DNA of 62,853 nucleotides, the filler included, from Rhabdomonas costata (taxonomy: Eukaryota), in NCBI GenBank assembly GCA_019059605.1. It is 32 parts of 32 records of this genome, joined end to end, with 100 filler letters (N's around TTAATTAATTAA, not from the genome) between each part and the next. Parts side by side here need not be neighbours in the genome. Positions count along the whole stretch, not along the records: positions 21,649 to 23,515 come from JAHMHO010007978.1; positions 23,616 to 25,482 come from JAHMHO010007979.1; positions 25,583 to 27,450 come from JAHMHO010007980.1; positions 27,551 to 29,418 come from JAHMHO010007981.1; positions 29,519 to 31,386 come from JAHMHO010007982.1; positions 31,487 to 33,354 come from JAHMHO010007983.1; positions 33,455 to 35,322 come from JAHMHO010007984.1; 25 more parts are not named here. One strand, written 5' to 3'. Below are positions 22,122-35,422 of this stretch, in pieces; within the stretch, counting starts at the first letter, position 1; each line of letters begins with the position of its first letter. A program made the translations under genes and the position numbers. The notes under the pieces were generated by a model, which was not told the origin of the DNA, did not search any database, and was given only the letters and a program-made list of their open reading frames with translations.

Positions 22122-23510
22122 ATCGTTCCCGTGCCAACCAGTAACGGCAGCTATGAACTAGTCCGCAGCTATTCAAACACAACCGTCGGCCTGAACCAGA
22201 GCATTGTGGTAGATGCTTCCTCCCTGGAGGGCTACCTCGTCTCGAAGTTCGCCTTCGCTGCGCTGGCCAACATCCGAGTGGGTCAGCTCAACCCCTCAGC
22301 TCTGCTGGACTCAGTGTACCGCAGCACCGTTTTGGAGGTCGGTGGCCTCACCTTGGGCCCCTTCCTGGACACCGTGTGCGCGGTGGATCCGGCCACTCAG
22401 CTGCCTCTGGACTGCGACTGTAACCGTGGCCTGCGTCAAGTCTGGCTCTCCGTCCCAACAACCTCCTCCACCACACCGTTTGTGTACCTCAGCAACAGCG
22501 GGTTGTCGGTGAGCTCAGGGTTGTCGGACAGCGATGTATATGGGTTCACGGGCTGCGGGGTGAGTTTTCGGGCGTTCATCGAGGCCAGCTCGTCATCGAG
22601 CAATGTGCTGGTGTTTGTGCTACCGATTGTGGGTCTGATGCTGGCGGCCGCGGGGATTGGGGTATGGCGGCTTTCGAAGAACTACCGGGAGATGCGGAAG
22701 CTGTACTCCAACGAGGTCGAAGCACTTTGCCAAGCTCGTTGTGTCTTGTGCAGGATTTCTCGCTCTCTACCCTAATTTTTTTGCTTGCATGTCGAGCTCC
22801 GTTAATTGATTACAATTGTTGTTCCTTCTCTGTTTTTTTTTGACTGTGTAAGGTTTTAGCATCATCCTTCGTGGGAGTTTAGGGACGGTGGGTGGAACCA
22901 CTCCTATCAACAATCTTCATCTGCCACTCCCCCACCTGCACAAACGTACAAACCGCGCTGACTGTGAGAAGGGTAGATGTAGGATGTGGGATTGTGGTTT
23001 GACTGGAAGAAAGAGGAAGGCTCCGTTGTCCAGTGATGACATTCTATAAGTGTAAGTAAGAGTAAGGTCCGTATAAGAGTAAGTTCCGTGCATTCTGGTT
23101 GGGTGCCCTACTGCCGTAAGGCTCCTGTTTTTTGGCATGATTGCGGTACCGACCTTGTTTTTATTTTCATTGTGCCAAATGCAAAGGTGAAGGGACTTTA
23201 CCAGCTTTCTTAAGGTACAAGGTGAGCTAGCCCACCCATTTGCGAGCATACCCGCCTGCTCCCGGCCCCTAACGAGACCTCCTGTCTCCACTTAATCCTC
23301 ACCAACACCCAGCCTTTGAGAAGTCACCGTTTCCTCCTCCTCCCCCTTCTCTTGTCGGGAATCTGTGTATCTGCCCATGGAGTAGGTCCCTGCTTTCTGT
23401 TTCTTCCATTTCCGAATGCAAAACGCAAAGGCCGTCGCGACGAAGTGCGCCGAGGCCATCGCCACGCTGCAGTTCGAGGAGGTGGAGTACCTGAAGACCC
23501 AGCCCAACCC
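22122..23510 (+). CDS. Euglenozoan receptor-type adenylate cyclase: periplasmic-binding-like ectodomain, TM helix, juxtamembrane region (partial)
   Basis: Exons 22122-22715 and 23431-~23510; SLEGYL..LLDSVY..LTLGPF..CDCNRGLRQVWL typical of the trypanosomatid-type AC ectodomain, then a TM helix and LYSNEAVATKCAEAIA. Confidence 0.75.
22960..23330 (-). mobile_element. Decayed LINE APE-endonuclease fragment inside an intron
   Basis: Broken-frame motifs GDF, HPTRMHGTYSYTDLTL (cf. PTR..S.IDL) and SNHNP (cf. SDHxP) in the expected order. Confidence 0.4.
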
Positions 23511-23970
23511 AAAACNNNNNNNNNNNNNNNNNNNNNNNNNNNNNNNNNNNNNNNNNNNNTTAATTAATTAANNNNNNNNNNNNNNNNNNNNNNNNNNNNN
23601 NNNNNNNNNNNNNNNAACAGGATCTGGTCTTTTTTTTTGGGGGGGGGGGGTTAACTGTGTAATGTCGTTATACGGTAACGGCGTAATACGGCCATCAATT
23701 AATCAATATAAAACGCTTCCGTGTCTTTTCGGGGTCCCTCATGTCAGTTTTTGCTATTGGTGGGACCTCATTTCATGTGGGGCTTGAGCGACCAAGTGAG
23801 GCGGTCGAGAAGGGGTCAGATTTGAGTCCACGTAGTAATGCACGCAAAGCATTTGCACTGGACTGTAACTTGGAAACCCAACCTTGGTTTAGTCTCGCAC
23901 ATTACTGACTAAGGCCGGAATACGATATATGAGGTACACCCAAACAACGCAAACAATCCCAGCCACACAC

Positions 23971-25312
23971 CATAGTCCAGCATGTAAAGGGGCAGCCGCA
24001 TCACCACGAACGCGGGTGCGGCTCCCAAGGGCAGCGCGTCGCGGCTGACCAGGGCAAGGGTGGCAACCTGAAGCTCATGCTCCACCGTGTCATGCCGGAG
24101 GTACTGCTCCGGGTCCACCTCGGTGGGAGCCTCCTTCCTTTGCGAGGGGCATGAGAAAAAAGAGCACGAGAAGGGAAAAATTGGCTGAAAAAAATTTCGC
24201 AATCGCATAGCACAACCACATCACATCACATCGAATCACAAGATAAATACACGTTTGCTGCGCAAACTCTCGTTTTGCACATGAAAGTCACTTGGCTCTT
24301 CACGTGACCCGTGAGGGTTCCAGAACATATACTGAGAGATACAAATGTCTGGCTGTGGTGGAAAAGGAGCGGAATCTGCGAAAGTTCAGCTAAAAGACTT
24401 GTTGCTAGGATTGCTTTGAATGTCTTCAAAGTCTTCAAAGTCTTCAAAGTGTGCGCGACTGCATCACTTTGGACGCCTCACACCTCACTTCGACGTCTGC
24501 CGCGGTACCGTACGGAAACAGCAGTACCGCCTCCGTAAAGGCCGCCGAGAACTCCGCCAGGTGCTTCGCGGGGTCCGGGGCGGGCGCCGGTTCCATCGCC
24601 ATGGTGAGCTGCGGAAACCCACAAAGCGACTGTGTCAACGTGTCAACGCATTTACCCTATGAGCAGCGGGACCAGAACGTCATGTCATTTCTGTGGAAGC
24701 CTCTCTCTGCACCACTGCTTTTGATCGGTAAAGGGAAGCCAAAGTTTCAGAAGCACAAAGGTTTCACTCGGTAAACCTCCAGGCAGTTCATCTCGGCCTG
24801 CAGGCCATCCAGAACGCTGCTGACCGTGTTGCCCTCACTATGCTTCAGCGGGCGCCGGACTCGCTTCAGTCTGCGGGTGATCGTGCCGTAGACCACGCTG
24901 GCCGCAAAGCCCGCCGTCTCGTTTCGACTGACATCGAACCTAAAAAAAGGTACCGGCGATAAGACCCTCGACGTCGATTGCATACCGTTCAAGTTCATTC
25001 GTTTTTTGGTTGCACACACGCGGACATAAGCGTCTCAACTCTGATCCCTTCGTTTTCGTGGTTTCTTCAATCGAAGCAAGGTGTGCTGAGATGGGCCATG
25101 AGACTGCAGTCGACCTGAACTCCATATCATTTAAGTGCACGTGTGTGCGCATTCGTTTTTGGCTGCATGTACGGCATTTAGCATTAGTCTTGCTTGAGAC
25201 GAAGCACTCTGAATTAAATTTCTGGGAAGAGCGCATAGGTAATGAGGCTGAATTCAAAAATGTTACCTTGGAACCCAGGCAGCCCTGGAACGCGTTATCA
25301 TCATACCTTTCT
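23971..25312 (-). CDS. Hypothetical protein (partial, 4 exons)
   Basis: Exons ~25312-25267, 24939-24777, 24608-24484, 24137-23971, GT-AG and phase-consistent, GC3-rich; no family recognised. Confidence 0.6.
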
Positions 25313-25847
25313 CTCTAACAAGCAAACGCAGGTAAAGCTGAACCAACCAACACAAGGCCGCAAAACTTTCACGAAATGAGCGAGGCAGAGGAAAACGGAG
25401 ATACGCACCTTGCGATGGTGGGAGCGAACGTGACCGTGGGCGTGGGCTGAGTATGAGTGACATGCAGCAAGGTCCCATCACCNNNNNNNNNNNNNNNNNN
25501 NNNNNNNNNNNNNNNNNNNNNNNNNNTTAATTAATTAANNNNNNNNNNNNNNNNNNNNNNNNNNNNNNNNNNNNNNNNNNNNGTTGGGGTTGGGTGCTGC
25601 TGTATATTGCACGCGCGTGTAAGAGCTCCAGCACAGTGCTCGTACAGGTCTACGCTTCATTGCGCGTTGAGGGCGGATCTGCAACACGGCCACTACCGTT
25701 CCTCACATCGGTTGCTTGCTTCTCAAGACATTATAGCCACGTTTCCTCCATACTGCATCTAGGCTTGATAATGGTGCCTTGTCTGAGGTTTGCAGTGTCG
25801 GGGGGGTTACGCGCAAAGGGGAACTTGTTTACACATTCCTGCGACAG

Positions 25848-27240
25848 AGTGGGTTCCCTGGCTCTGTCTACGAAGTACTACGGCTGCCAGGTGGAAGTGC
25901 ACTGCTGCACCGCAAGGGCGGCGTCTGCGCTTCCCCAGAAGCGGCTTCCTGCTGATGCCTTTGCCGCCGTTCTGCTGCTGTGTGATCCCGTGGAGGTTTG
26001 TGTGCGCTTTGCGATTGATCAAAAGACACGATGTCGCACATTGAACAACCCAAACTTGGCATCTGGGAACACTATTTTCTTTGTTTTGAATTGGGGGGAT
26101 AGAGAGGGCTGAAACTAGAAAGGTAGAAAGGAGGGACCCGAAAGATGGATGTCAAGAAATGATGTACCTAGCATACAACGCGCTGAGTGGGTGTGGTTCC
26201 ACGGATCCTCATACAGTGTGTGCAGTGGAAATCGCAACCAATGCTATGATCCCGTTTGTTTATTTAAGTGAATGTGCTCAACCAGTTTCGGCCTTTCATT
26301 GAAGGCATTCTGAATCCGATTGGATCTAACACAAGGCGCAATTGGCACCCTTTCCTTTTTTTCGTCGGCTCCCTTTCTGCCCTTCCCTTTCCCTTTCTTG
26401 TTTGCTGGTTTGCATCCGACAGTACTCTTACTCCATGGCTCAGGCACCGAAACACTCACTTCAACATCCGTGACTATCTGCCCAGATCCACTTTGTGCAG
26501 AAAGCGGTCGGAAGACCGCGGTGAGGGCGGTGACCCCAAAATTCACTACTGAAAGGTTCAGAACTGTGTGTGTGCGCACCCCCTCCCTCCCTCCGAACCG
26601 ATCAACAGGAGCAGTGGGAGGGCCTGCGGAAGTTCGCCTCGGCGCACCCCGCGCTTGGTGACCGCCGGCTGATTGCCGTTACGGTGCCCGTGCCGGTTGC
26701 GCTTTGGGCCGAGGTCCAGCTGTGGTGCACAGACAATGGCTTTGAGGGGGTGCGGGTGAGCCCCCTGGAGATGGGATCGGAGCAGCAGGGAGAAGCCGCA
26801 CCCCCTGATGAAGGTTGCGTTGGGATGGTGGGTTTGGTTTGTAATGACCGAGACCGCGCTTCTGTTTCCGTCGTGGCTTGACCTCAGTGTGAATCCAAAA
26901 AAGTGATTCATAACGAAAATGTGAACCAGCACAAAGAAAGAAAAGATGACCTGCTCCGGCTCCTGCTGAATGAAGCGGGGTGGTGGTAGAGGGTTTTGCA
27001 TTTTTGGGTTTTTGTGCATGTTGGTAGTCACAAGTCTCATCCCTTTCCTGAATTACCAGTAAAATGAAACATAAAGCATTCTCATATCCCGCATCCCGAT
27101 TCACTCCTGAACCCCGATTGCTCGCAGGCGCTGCCCGAGTTCGCGAAGCCCTTGAAGCAACTCGGTGGCCTGAGATTGCGCTCAGCACGCCGGGGGGCAG
27201 CAACAAACTGCGCAACACGTCTCGTGCCGGAGATTCCGAA
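25848..27240 (+). CDS. AAGAB: Alpha/gamma-adaptin-binding protein p34 (AAGAB/Irc6-like), partial
   Basis: Exons 25848-25995, 26609-26813, 27128-27240; STKYYGCQV, WCTDNGFE and GAARVREALEATRW match p34 motifs (TKYY; WC..GFE; G..RI..AL...W). Confidence 0.75.
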
Positions 27241-27658
27241 GTGTGTCCCCAGCACCCCTTGAAAGTCGGTCGTCCCGAATCGGCACGTTAATTAATACCT
27301 CCCTATGTTCTACCCGTATGTTCTGGCCGATGGTTCCGCGAACACTTCGGAAGAATTTCTTCGGAAGATTTTCTTGCGGTCAGTCAGCTTCTCCACTGGT
27401 GTGAGATATCGTTTTCTTGTCCCTCACTCATTAGTATTAAAAACAAAACANNNNNNNNNNNNNNNNNNNNNNNNNNNNNNNNNNNNNNNNNNNNTTAATT
27501 AATTAANNNNNNNNNNNNNNNNNNNNNNNNNNNNNNNNNNNNNNNNNNNNGGTTGTTTTTTATTAGGCAATACCGCACGCACAACAGTGACAAACCTATG
27601 AAGTTTCGAGTGATCGCTATTGCCTAATAAAAAGCAACAAGAAACTGCCACTCCATAC

Positions 27659-28884
27659 GTCGGCAAAGACAACAAACTTCAGCTTGTGGTTCTCGTTCAC
27701 CGTGATGTACACGGCCTGCTGGAAGGTCTGCACGTGCCGAGACCGAAAAACGACGTCGAAGCCAGCCGTCTGGCCTGGGGGGACGACCTGTGAGCGGGAA
27801 TGCGGGTGCGCGGGTGGTCATAAAACAAAGACATAATGCCAGCAAAGGGCTTCCTCCCTTGAAAATTATCGTCCGTCAACCCACTTAAATACCCCTCACC
27901 CTGAAGCTTAGGCATTCAAGCAAATAGCCCCGACGGGAGGAAAACGAAAAACCAGCAAAACACGCCGGACCAAATGCAGCATCCAAACGCCCCCTATCAG
28001 GCTTTCAAGTCCACACCGACGTGCAGGATGGGCTATCGCAAGGGACACGGCAACGCAGCAGCGGCAACCAAGAATGGACAACCGAAAAAAGATCATTCTC
28101 AATCCTCATCGCTGACAGCCCAGTGCAACGTGATGTGCTCACAAATTGCAAAATCTGATATAATGTGCAGATAGGACATAAAAACGTGACTGGTTGCTCC
28201 CCCTTCGTCCTCCAGGCGCGTGGGGCTCATTAGGAACCTGGGATTTTGGGAAAGTCTCTGCGAGCTCCTCGCGGCACTCCGGGATTTTCACCAAGATGAA
28301 TGTCTTCAGGTCGTTGCACACGGAAAAGGTCTTCACGTTGCGGCTTCCCACGCTGACCTTGCCGAAGTCAAGCAGCTTGGGCCCTAGTAAGCCATACACC
28401 AAACCGAAGCCTCCAGTTCAAACCAACCGAGAGTGGAGAAATAATACCAGCGTTCATGCAACTCTTGAAAGTACGGAGATACGTATTGCAGGATGAAAAA
28501 GGGACAGAAGTGCCGTTCAGTTATCGACATAATAACAGAGCATCCGAACGGTTTCATGGACGACAGGGCAGACAGATATGGTCGGAAAGCTTTTCTGACG
28601 TTTCCCCAAACGAGGGAAATCCACAACAACATCCCTATGGAAAACGAGCGATCCATCGCAATGAGAAAAGTTTGTTTGCATGGGCATCAAACCAAAAGGT
28701 ATCATATTTGCAAGTCGGCTCTCAAGATTTTTTGGGGCGAACCAGAAACAGACATACCCATAGCAATGTCGCTAACTTCCCGGGGAGAAAGTACCAAGTG
28801 GCACTCTCTCTCCTCGTTCAGTGTGGTGGGCTGAGGCTTGAACTTCTTCCGAATGATCTTGGTCTCGTCGAACTTATGGCGCTT
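27659..28884 (-). CDS. CFAP47: Cilia- and flagella-associated protein 47-like (partial, 3 exons)
   Basis: Exons 28884-28758, 28383-28238, 27787-27659; KKFKPQPTTLNEEREC..GPKLLDFGKVSVGS..FSVCNDL..SQVVPPGQTAGFDVVF. Confidence 0.75.
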
Positions 28885-29518
28885 CTACAAAAGAACGCAA
28901 CAATGCAATAATAGGGGGACTCAAAGCAGGGGCAAGGACTCTTTTAAATATATAGCAGGCCTAGTGAGACATCTAGCCATTTGAGCTCACGAAGCAGAGA
29001 ATGTGTGGGAAAGGTTAACAGCCGAAAAGAAACGTGCAATAATAATTTCCCGAATTGACCAGAGGAAAGGTGCACTGTTAGGTGTACTGTTCCAACTCCC
29101 ACTGCATGGAAAATTCTATTATGCAACTTGCATTGTGCTATTGCACCCAAAACGTATTTGACTTCAGGAAGTCTTGTGAATTGAAACAAGAACAAGCGGT
29201 ACGCCGCCGCCGAGACTTTGAAGAGGGAAGGTCAGCATCGAAAGACTTTACTCCCTACCAAAGTAATGGCTTCGACAGGACAAGCCCCACAAATGGCAAG
29301 CTTCCCATGACTCCTACAAGAGTCCCAGAGTGTGAATCTCGGTGCACTCCAAACCTCATTGCAAGAAACGCTAGAGGCTGCGGGCGAACCTTGCGCGAGA
29401 AACTCTCCACAAAAAAAANNNNNNNNNNNNNNNNNNNNNNNNNNNNNNNNNNNNNNNNNNNNTTAATTAATTAANNNNNNNNNNNNNNNNNNNNNNNNNN
29501 NNNNNNNNNNNNNNNNNN

Positions 29519-31037
29519 GTTGTGGTGGAGATGACCGCAGCCCGTCGATGAGGGTTTGACCTGGGAGGCCAAGTACGGTATGGAAAGGAGCTTTGCGCGC
29601 CGTAGGCGCGGGAATTTTTAAGAGTAAATCTCCAGTCCTTTCACCGTGCAAAGTTTCGGCCTAAAGAGCAGTCTTTTTGAGGGTAAGATAGGCGTGTTTC
29701 GGGTGCACGGAGTGCACCTTCAACGCCAGGCATCAGCCGACACACTGGCTGCCCTGATTTCGTGCCGCTCAGCCCTAAACCCAGTGCTTGAACGGCTCCG
29801 ACAAAACTCTCAGTTTACGGGCCGAAAAAGCCCCACAAGAAGAAAGCTGATGAAAGTCGTCTGAAAGTGTTTTTCCACACAGGAGAATGCACAGACATCA
29901 GATCCCGAAAATACGAATTGAAAAAGGCCAAGTCTCGTCATGTCCGTCACCTTCATGCTTGTCAAGGCTAGTGAATACTTTTCTTAGCCAGCGGGTTCAC
30001 ATCATAAAACCTCACTTAAATACCCACAGACGCCCAGGCACTGAAATAAGAAATGGGACACAATATTCCCGCTAATGGCAAAAGTCGATGGAAGGAAAGG
30101 GTGCTTCCAAGAACATGCATCTCCCATATCCCAACTACCCGAGATGCAGCCCCTAAGGCGGCATCCTACCATGGTTAAAGGGTAGTGTATCTACCAAAAA
30201 AACGATATTTGGAGGAATCCACGCTATCACCGCGTGGAGAACCCTCCAATCGGAACTCGCGATATTTTCTTTTCTTTCGAGAGTTACCTGCTCTGGGTTG
30301 GGTGATCTGAGCCAGCGGCGTGGCAAGCCAGTTCGGAAATTTTAAAACTAAATTCCCGAAACTCTTTTTTTAAATTTAAAAAAGGGAGCTGGCCCCCACA
30401 CAACGTCTTGCCAAACCTTGAAGGCGGTAGAGGTGCAAGTGATTGAGGTGAGGTGCAAAGGACTGCTTGGCGGTGCAGGGATTATCGGGCGATGCAGGTG
30501 AAAAGGCGTGGTCCGTATGAGATCGGGGGACCATTTTGATGCCGCCCCTCTGTATTCATTCAGAAGTCTAAAAATAGGTGTGCTGTTTCACTCTCTGTAA
30601 TGCCCGAGACCTGGTGGTTTCTTGCTTTGTGCTGAGTGGTCTGAGTGAGCGGTGTGGCGTGCCATCTAGGAGGCAAAGAAGCAGAAAATGCAGGCACGTT
30701 TTGCGTTTTCTAGCGGCAATCCCTTATAAAGGATCGTCTCCCACGCATAAAATCCCAAATAATTCCGCATCATCCTCGGACTCATTCCCCAGGGCCCTGT
30801 TGCGATGCGAAGACACAGCCCTTCATGAGTAATTCTACTCCGTAGAGCGAGCTCCCCTTGCACGGTTGAAAAGTCTCCCGGAGAAACGAAAATGCTCAAT
30901 CTTGCCCAAAATGCCAGGAAAGGAGAGAGAAAAACTACGCACAAAATAGGCAACATTTCAGCTTTAATCGTGTACGCCTTTTCGACGTCGCCCTCTTGCC
31001 CTCGAAAAAAGTCAAGGCGGGGATAGGTCCACAAAAT
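29519..31037 (-). CDS. Hypothetical spliced gene; 3' part weakly Maf-like
   Basis: Candidate exons 31037-30976, 30796-30745, 29753-29718, 29590-29519; the first pair and the last pair each join in phase; VEAPFHTVLGLP resembles Maf IEG...NV.GLP. Confidence 0.3.
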
Positions 31038-31486
31038 CTGTGAAGATTGGTCTCATCAAACCCATTTTGGATACTTTTCCCTGCTTATTCGCCATTCAGA
31101 TATCCACACTATCATGGCAAATGGGATACCAAAGATATAAAAATGGGTTGTTGCATGTGAAATTATGTATGGAACCTGTCGTAGGGACTCGGCAAGCCGG
31201 GAAATGTCCACAAAATGGCGACATAACGAAAATATCTTTCACGGCTGAAACAAACACAGTACAGCCCTTGCCGGTTGTATGCCCACGGCCATGACACCAG
31301 CGCGAGGGAAGCAGCGAGGAAGAAAAGCAGCAAGAAGACACCCAAACACGAGATGAGAGGTGGACCGCTTTTCCGAATGCCCCAAANNNNNNNNNNNNNN
31401 NNNNNNNNNNNNNNNNNNNNNNNNNNNNNNTTAATTAATTAANNNNNNNNNNNNNNNNNNNNNNNNNNNNNNNNNNNNNNNNNNNN

Positions 31487-33354
31487 AAGGCACTCCTGAG
31501 TGACCAGTCCTCTTATTTGACTTCCATTCTGGCCCCCCATCAGGTGGGTGTTGGGGTTCCCAATGCCTGCGAAATGATCGCACACGCGGTGCGGGAGTGG
31601 CACAACAACAATTCGGGGTCGCTTTGTCTGATGCAGCTCGATTTTTCGAACGCTTTCAACAGTCTCCGACGTGATATCATGCTGCCCGAAATTCGCAAAC
31701 GCGCTCCCGCACTCGCCCCTTGGGCTGATTGGTGTTATTGCTCACCCACTCCACTTTTTTCCGCTCATGGGGTAATTGCGTCCAGTCAGGGTGTGCAGCA
31801 AGGGGACCCCCTGGGACCTGCGTTTTTCTCCGTCGGTACCCTCTCGGTGGTGGAGGTTGCGCAGCTCTTTGCGCAGTGGGACGTGTGGTTTCTGGACGAC
31901 GGTCACCTCATGGGGTCGTCAGAACAGCTTTCTCAAGCGTTGAGTGCCCTGCTCCCTGTTTTGGAGAAACATGGCCTTTCTCTCAATTGGGCGAAATCCC
32001 GGATTTGGGGTGATGCGTCTCTTTTTCCTGAGTGCTCTCTGCTTCACCGCCTCACGCACGTGCCTTTGAGCACTGGCCTCACTGTTTTGGGCTCCTATGT
32101 GGGACCCCCAACGCACTTTGAAGCTTATTGCGCGAAACACCAGGCCGGCCTCGAGGGTTTTCTAGAGCGCCTGGCTGCTCTGGAGTGCCCCCAGACCGCA
32201 CTTCTTCTGTTGCGGTACTGTCTCGGAGCGTGCAAACTCACGTACGCGGCACGCACGGTCCCCTTTGCCTCCCTAGAGCCCACTCTCCGCACATGTGCAG
32301 CGTTTGTTAGAGATGCTTTGAGTCAGTGCCTAGGCTCTCCCATTACAGATTGGCAATGGACACAAGCCTGCATTCCTCTTTCTTTGGGCGGGCTCGGCCT
32401 CATTGACCCTCTCCGCATGGGTCCTGTGGCGTTCCTCTCTGGCGCTCTTTGCTTCGCATATGATGCTTCCTCTGTGGGTTGGGATCGTGCTCTCACATTT
32501 CCATGCGGTTTTTCGGATGCCCTCCGTCTTGTCCGAGCACAGATTGGCGACTCTTCGGAGGTGCTACGCCAATGGTCCCATTCCGGAGCACTGCCACCCA
32601 TGGGCCCCCGGGAGCGGGCCCCTTTGCTGCTTCAGTCCACCTGGAGCACGCTCTCTTCGGCCCACCTTACGGAGCAGTGGGACGCAGTAGTGGCCCCCAG
32701 GGAACGATTCCGCCGTCAGTGCCAGGCCCAGCCCCATGCCGCTGCGTGGCTGATGGCTCCTCCGTGTGAAGCGTTGGGTTTGCTCTTTGCGCCCTCTGAT
32801 TTCCAGCTGTTGTGTCGCCGCTGGCTCGGGGTCAACTTGTTTCCCTCTTTGGAAGCTGCACTCTGCCCTGCTTGCGGCAGCCAAGGAGACGTGCAAGGGG
32901 ACCACGTTCTGTGCTGCGCCCAGTTGGGTCGGTACGCGAGGCACACTGCCCTTCGGGAGACCATCTTGCACATTGCTGAGGCGGCGGGCTACACCTGCCA
33001 GCGGGAGGTGAAGGTGGACCCCGTCTCCCTCCGCCGCCCCGCCGATTTCCTTATCTCCGCGTTCGACCACGGGGTGGACATTGCTGTGGACGTCTCTGGT
33101 GTCCACCCCCTGCAGTTGCGGAGCGACTTCACGCTGGACTGTGGCTTGGTGGCAGAGCGCCGGGAGCAGCAGAAAATACAGCAATCTACTGCCTTCTGCC
33201 ACGCCCAAGGGGTCCGGTTCACCCCGGTGGTCGGAGAGACCACCGGCGGCTGGGGACCCGTCTCCCAGACATTCCTGCAGCGGCTTTTCCGGGCCTACCG
33301 GTCACGTCACCCCGGTTCCTTAGAGGAGGGGAACTCGGCGTTGTGGTGCCGGGT
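31487..33354 (+). mobile_element. Non-LTR retrotransposon (CRE-like) RT + restriction-like endonuclease ORF, uninterrupted across the contig
   Basis: PHQVGVG, QLDFSNAFNS, GVQQGDPLGP, WFLDDG, GGLG, CCHC knuckle (CPAC..DHVLCC), RH, RPAD..D and ETTGGWG; over 600 aa without stops or introns. Confidence 0.93.
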
Positions 33355-33499
33355 NNNNNNNNNNNNNNNNNNNNNNNNNNNNNNNNNNNNNNNNNNNNTT
33401 AATTAATTAANNNNNNNNNNNNNNNNNNNNNNNNNNNNNNNNNNNNNNNNNNNNGTTGTGTTGTGCAATGATCAAGAGACTTTTGAACTTTCTTTTGAA

Positions 33500-34205
33500 G
33501 ACTTGATTAGTACAACAGGAGCTGATTGTGACGACATCCTGGTGCACACGGACACATTTGAAGACCACTTGGAAGCGTTGCTGGTATTGTAAGAGTGATT
33601 GGACAGAGAAAAGGTTTTGACAATCCGGAGAAGTGAGTTTTTGAGCATCATGAAGTGGAGTATTGCGGCTTCATTTTTTGGTGGGAAATGGCATCAGGCA
33701 GCAAGGAAGTTGATGTCTGTGTACAAATGGCCCAGGAAAATCACAGTTGATGTGAAGAGCTTTATTGGGCTTTGTGGGTTATACCAGATGTTTGCTCCAT
33801 ATTACTCCAAAGTAGCAGCGCCATTAGGGACATGATGAAGAAAAAGGAGTAATGGCATTTGGTAGAGCTTAAGGAGAAAGCGTTTCATACGCTGAAGCTG
33901 AGGTTGTTGAAACACCCTGTGCAAAGAGTGCCTGATTTGAAGAAGCTGATGGTGTTGCACACAGATGAGTCAGAGGTTGGAATTGGAGCGACTTTGTCTC
34001 AATGGGTTGAGCAATGCATCTCGTTGCATGTCGGTCTAGAAAGTTGTCATGTGACGAGAAGAATTACACAGTTTAAGATAAAGAAATGTTAGCACTAGTG
34101 GACACTCTCGATGGGTAGAGACATAATTCTGTTTGGAGATCATGTGAGAGTATTAACTGACAACTCAGCGTTGAGTTACTTGCAGAAGAACCCCAGACCG
34201 TACGC
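33500..34205 (+). mobile_element. Decayed Ty3/gypsy RT-RNase H fragment
   Basis: CDDILVHT, VKSFIGLCGLY..APL, AFHTLK, LHTDESEVGIGATLSQ and VLTDNSALSYL, with stops and frameshifts. Confidence 0.85.
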
Positions 34206-34279
34206 AGCACGTACGCAGCGACAGTGCAAGCACAGTAGCATTCACAACCACAACTTCAACATCTACAATCTCACACTCT

Positions 34280-34363
34280 ACCTCCATCTTGGTTTTGCTC
34301 CGGCTCTTTCTACTCATGGACACCTCCATCTTGGTTTTGCGCCGGCTCTTTCTACTCATGGAC
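34280..34363. repeat. Tandem direct repeat, 2 x 42 bp
   Basis: acctccatcttggttttgc(t/g)ccggctctttctactcatggac occurs twice. Confidence 0.9.
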
Positions 34364-35422
34364 GCTCCACAATGCGCTGCGGATGGGGAATCGTGGTACT
34401 TTGAAATGACTTCTTTCTTCCTCTGATACGTGAATACCAAAATAGAGGAAAACACAGCCAATATGCCACTGAAAGAGCTATGTTTGAACCAACCAGAGAT
34501 CGCAGCTGCACAGTTTGAAACCAAACATATCTTTACGTTCCGATCAATCTTTTATATTGCTACTTTAGAGCTTTATGTATTCAGGATGTATTGCCAACTT
34601 CATTTCACAACAAAAGCGGACTCTCTGTACCTACCAACGTACTCTTTCACTCCACCAATTCTGAGGCCGAAATTTGACGCAATGATGATTCCTGTGTGGT
34701 AATCGTGGTTGTTTTTTGTCCTACCTATTCTTAGAATCGTCAATATTTGCATTTAATTTAAAGTTATTCAGCATATACAACAGTCTCACTGCAGATAGGC
34801 TAGATGCTGCAGGTAATTCATGCCAGCATATTTGCAACGAGCTCAGTGGTCTATTTTTACCTGATGCAGTTGATATAGGTACAACTATTGTACACTTACA
34901 TATTGCCCACACTTTGAGTAAAATTGCCAAGTTCTGCTGTGATATACTTTAGCACGGTGACATTCAGATTTTAATGATTACTCATTGAAAAGCTATAAAT
35001 CTGCACCAACTGTTGCTTAATTCATATAATTTATGTGAACTATGTGCGTATTGTATTTATTGCACGTGTTATTGTTTTTAGTTAAACGTCATGCAACATA
35101 TTTGTTGGCATAATCAATTTCCAATTTATTATACCTTTCCACCATATTTTTGTTTTCACCACATTAAAGGACGAGAATAATTAACTTTGTGGCGCTGTAG
35201 CGCTTGTACAGGAAGTCATTTACGAGCTGAAGCCATTACAGTTGTTCCAAAATGTCTCACAAGAGTCTCTGGTCACATCAAACGCGTGGACTGCACCACC
35301 GCGTAGATTGCACCACCACCACNNNNNNNNNNNNNNNNNNNNNNNNNNNNNNNNNNNNNNNNNNNNTTAATTAATTAANNNNNNNNNNNNNNNNNNNNNN
35401 NNNNNNNNNNNNNNNNNNNNNN

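Noticed and set aside
32564-33208. Long antisense and alternative-frame ORFs here and over other GC-rich exons (e.g. 36199-36867, 18999-19628)
   Set aside because: Shadow ORFs of real coding sequence on the other strand; no recognisable motifs
34640-34705. ASNFGLRIGGV on the - strand resembling a tyrosine-recombinase box
   Set aside because: Isolated motif in a stop-rich AT-rich region; no HxxR or catalytic Tyr motif identified
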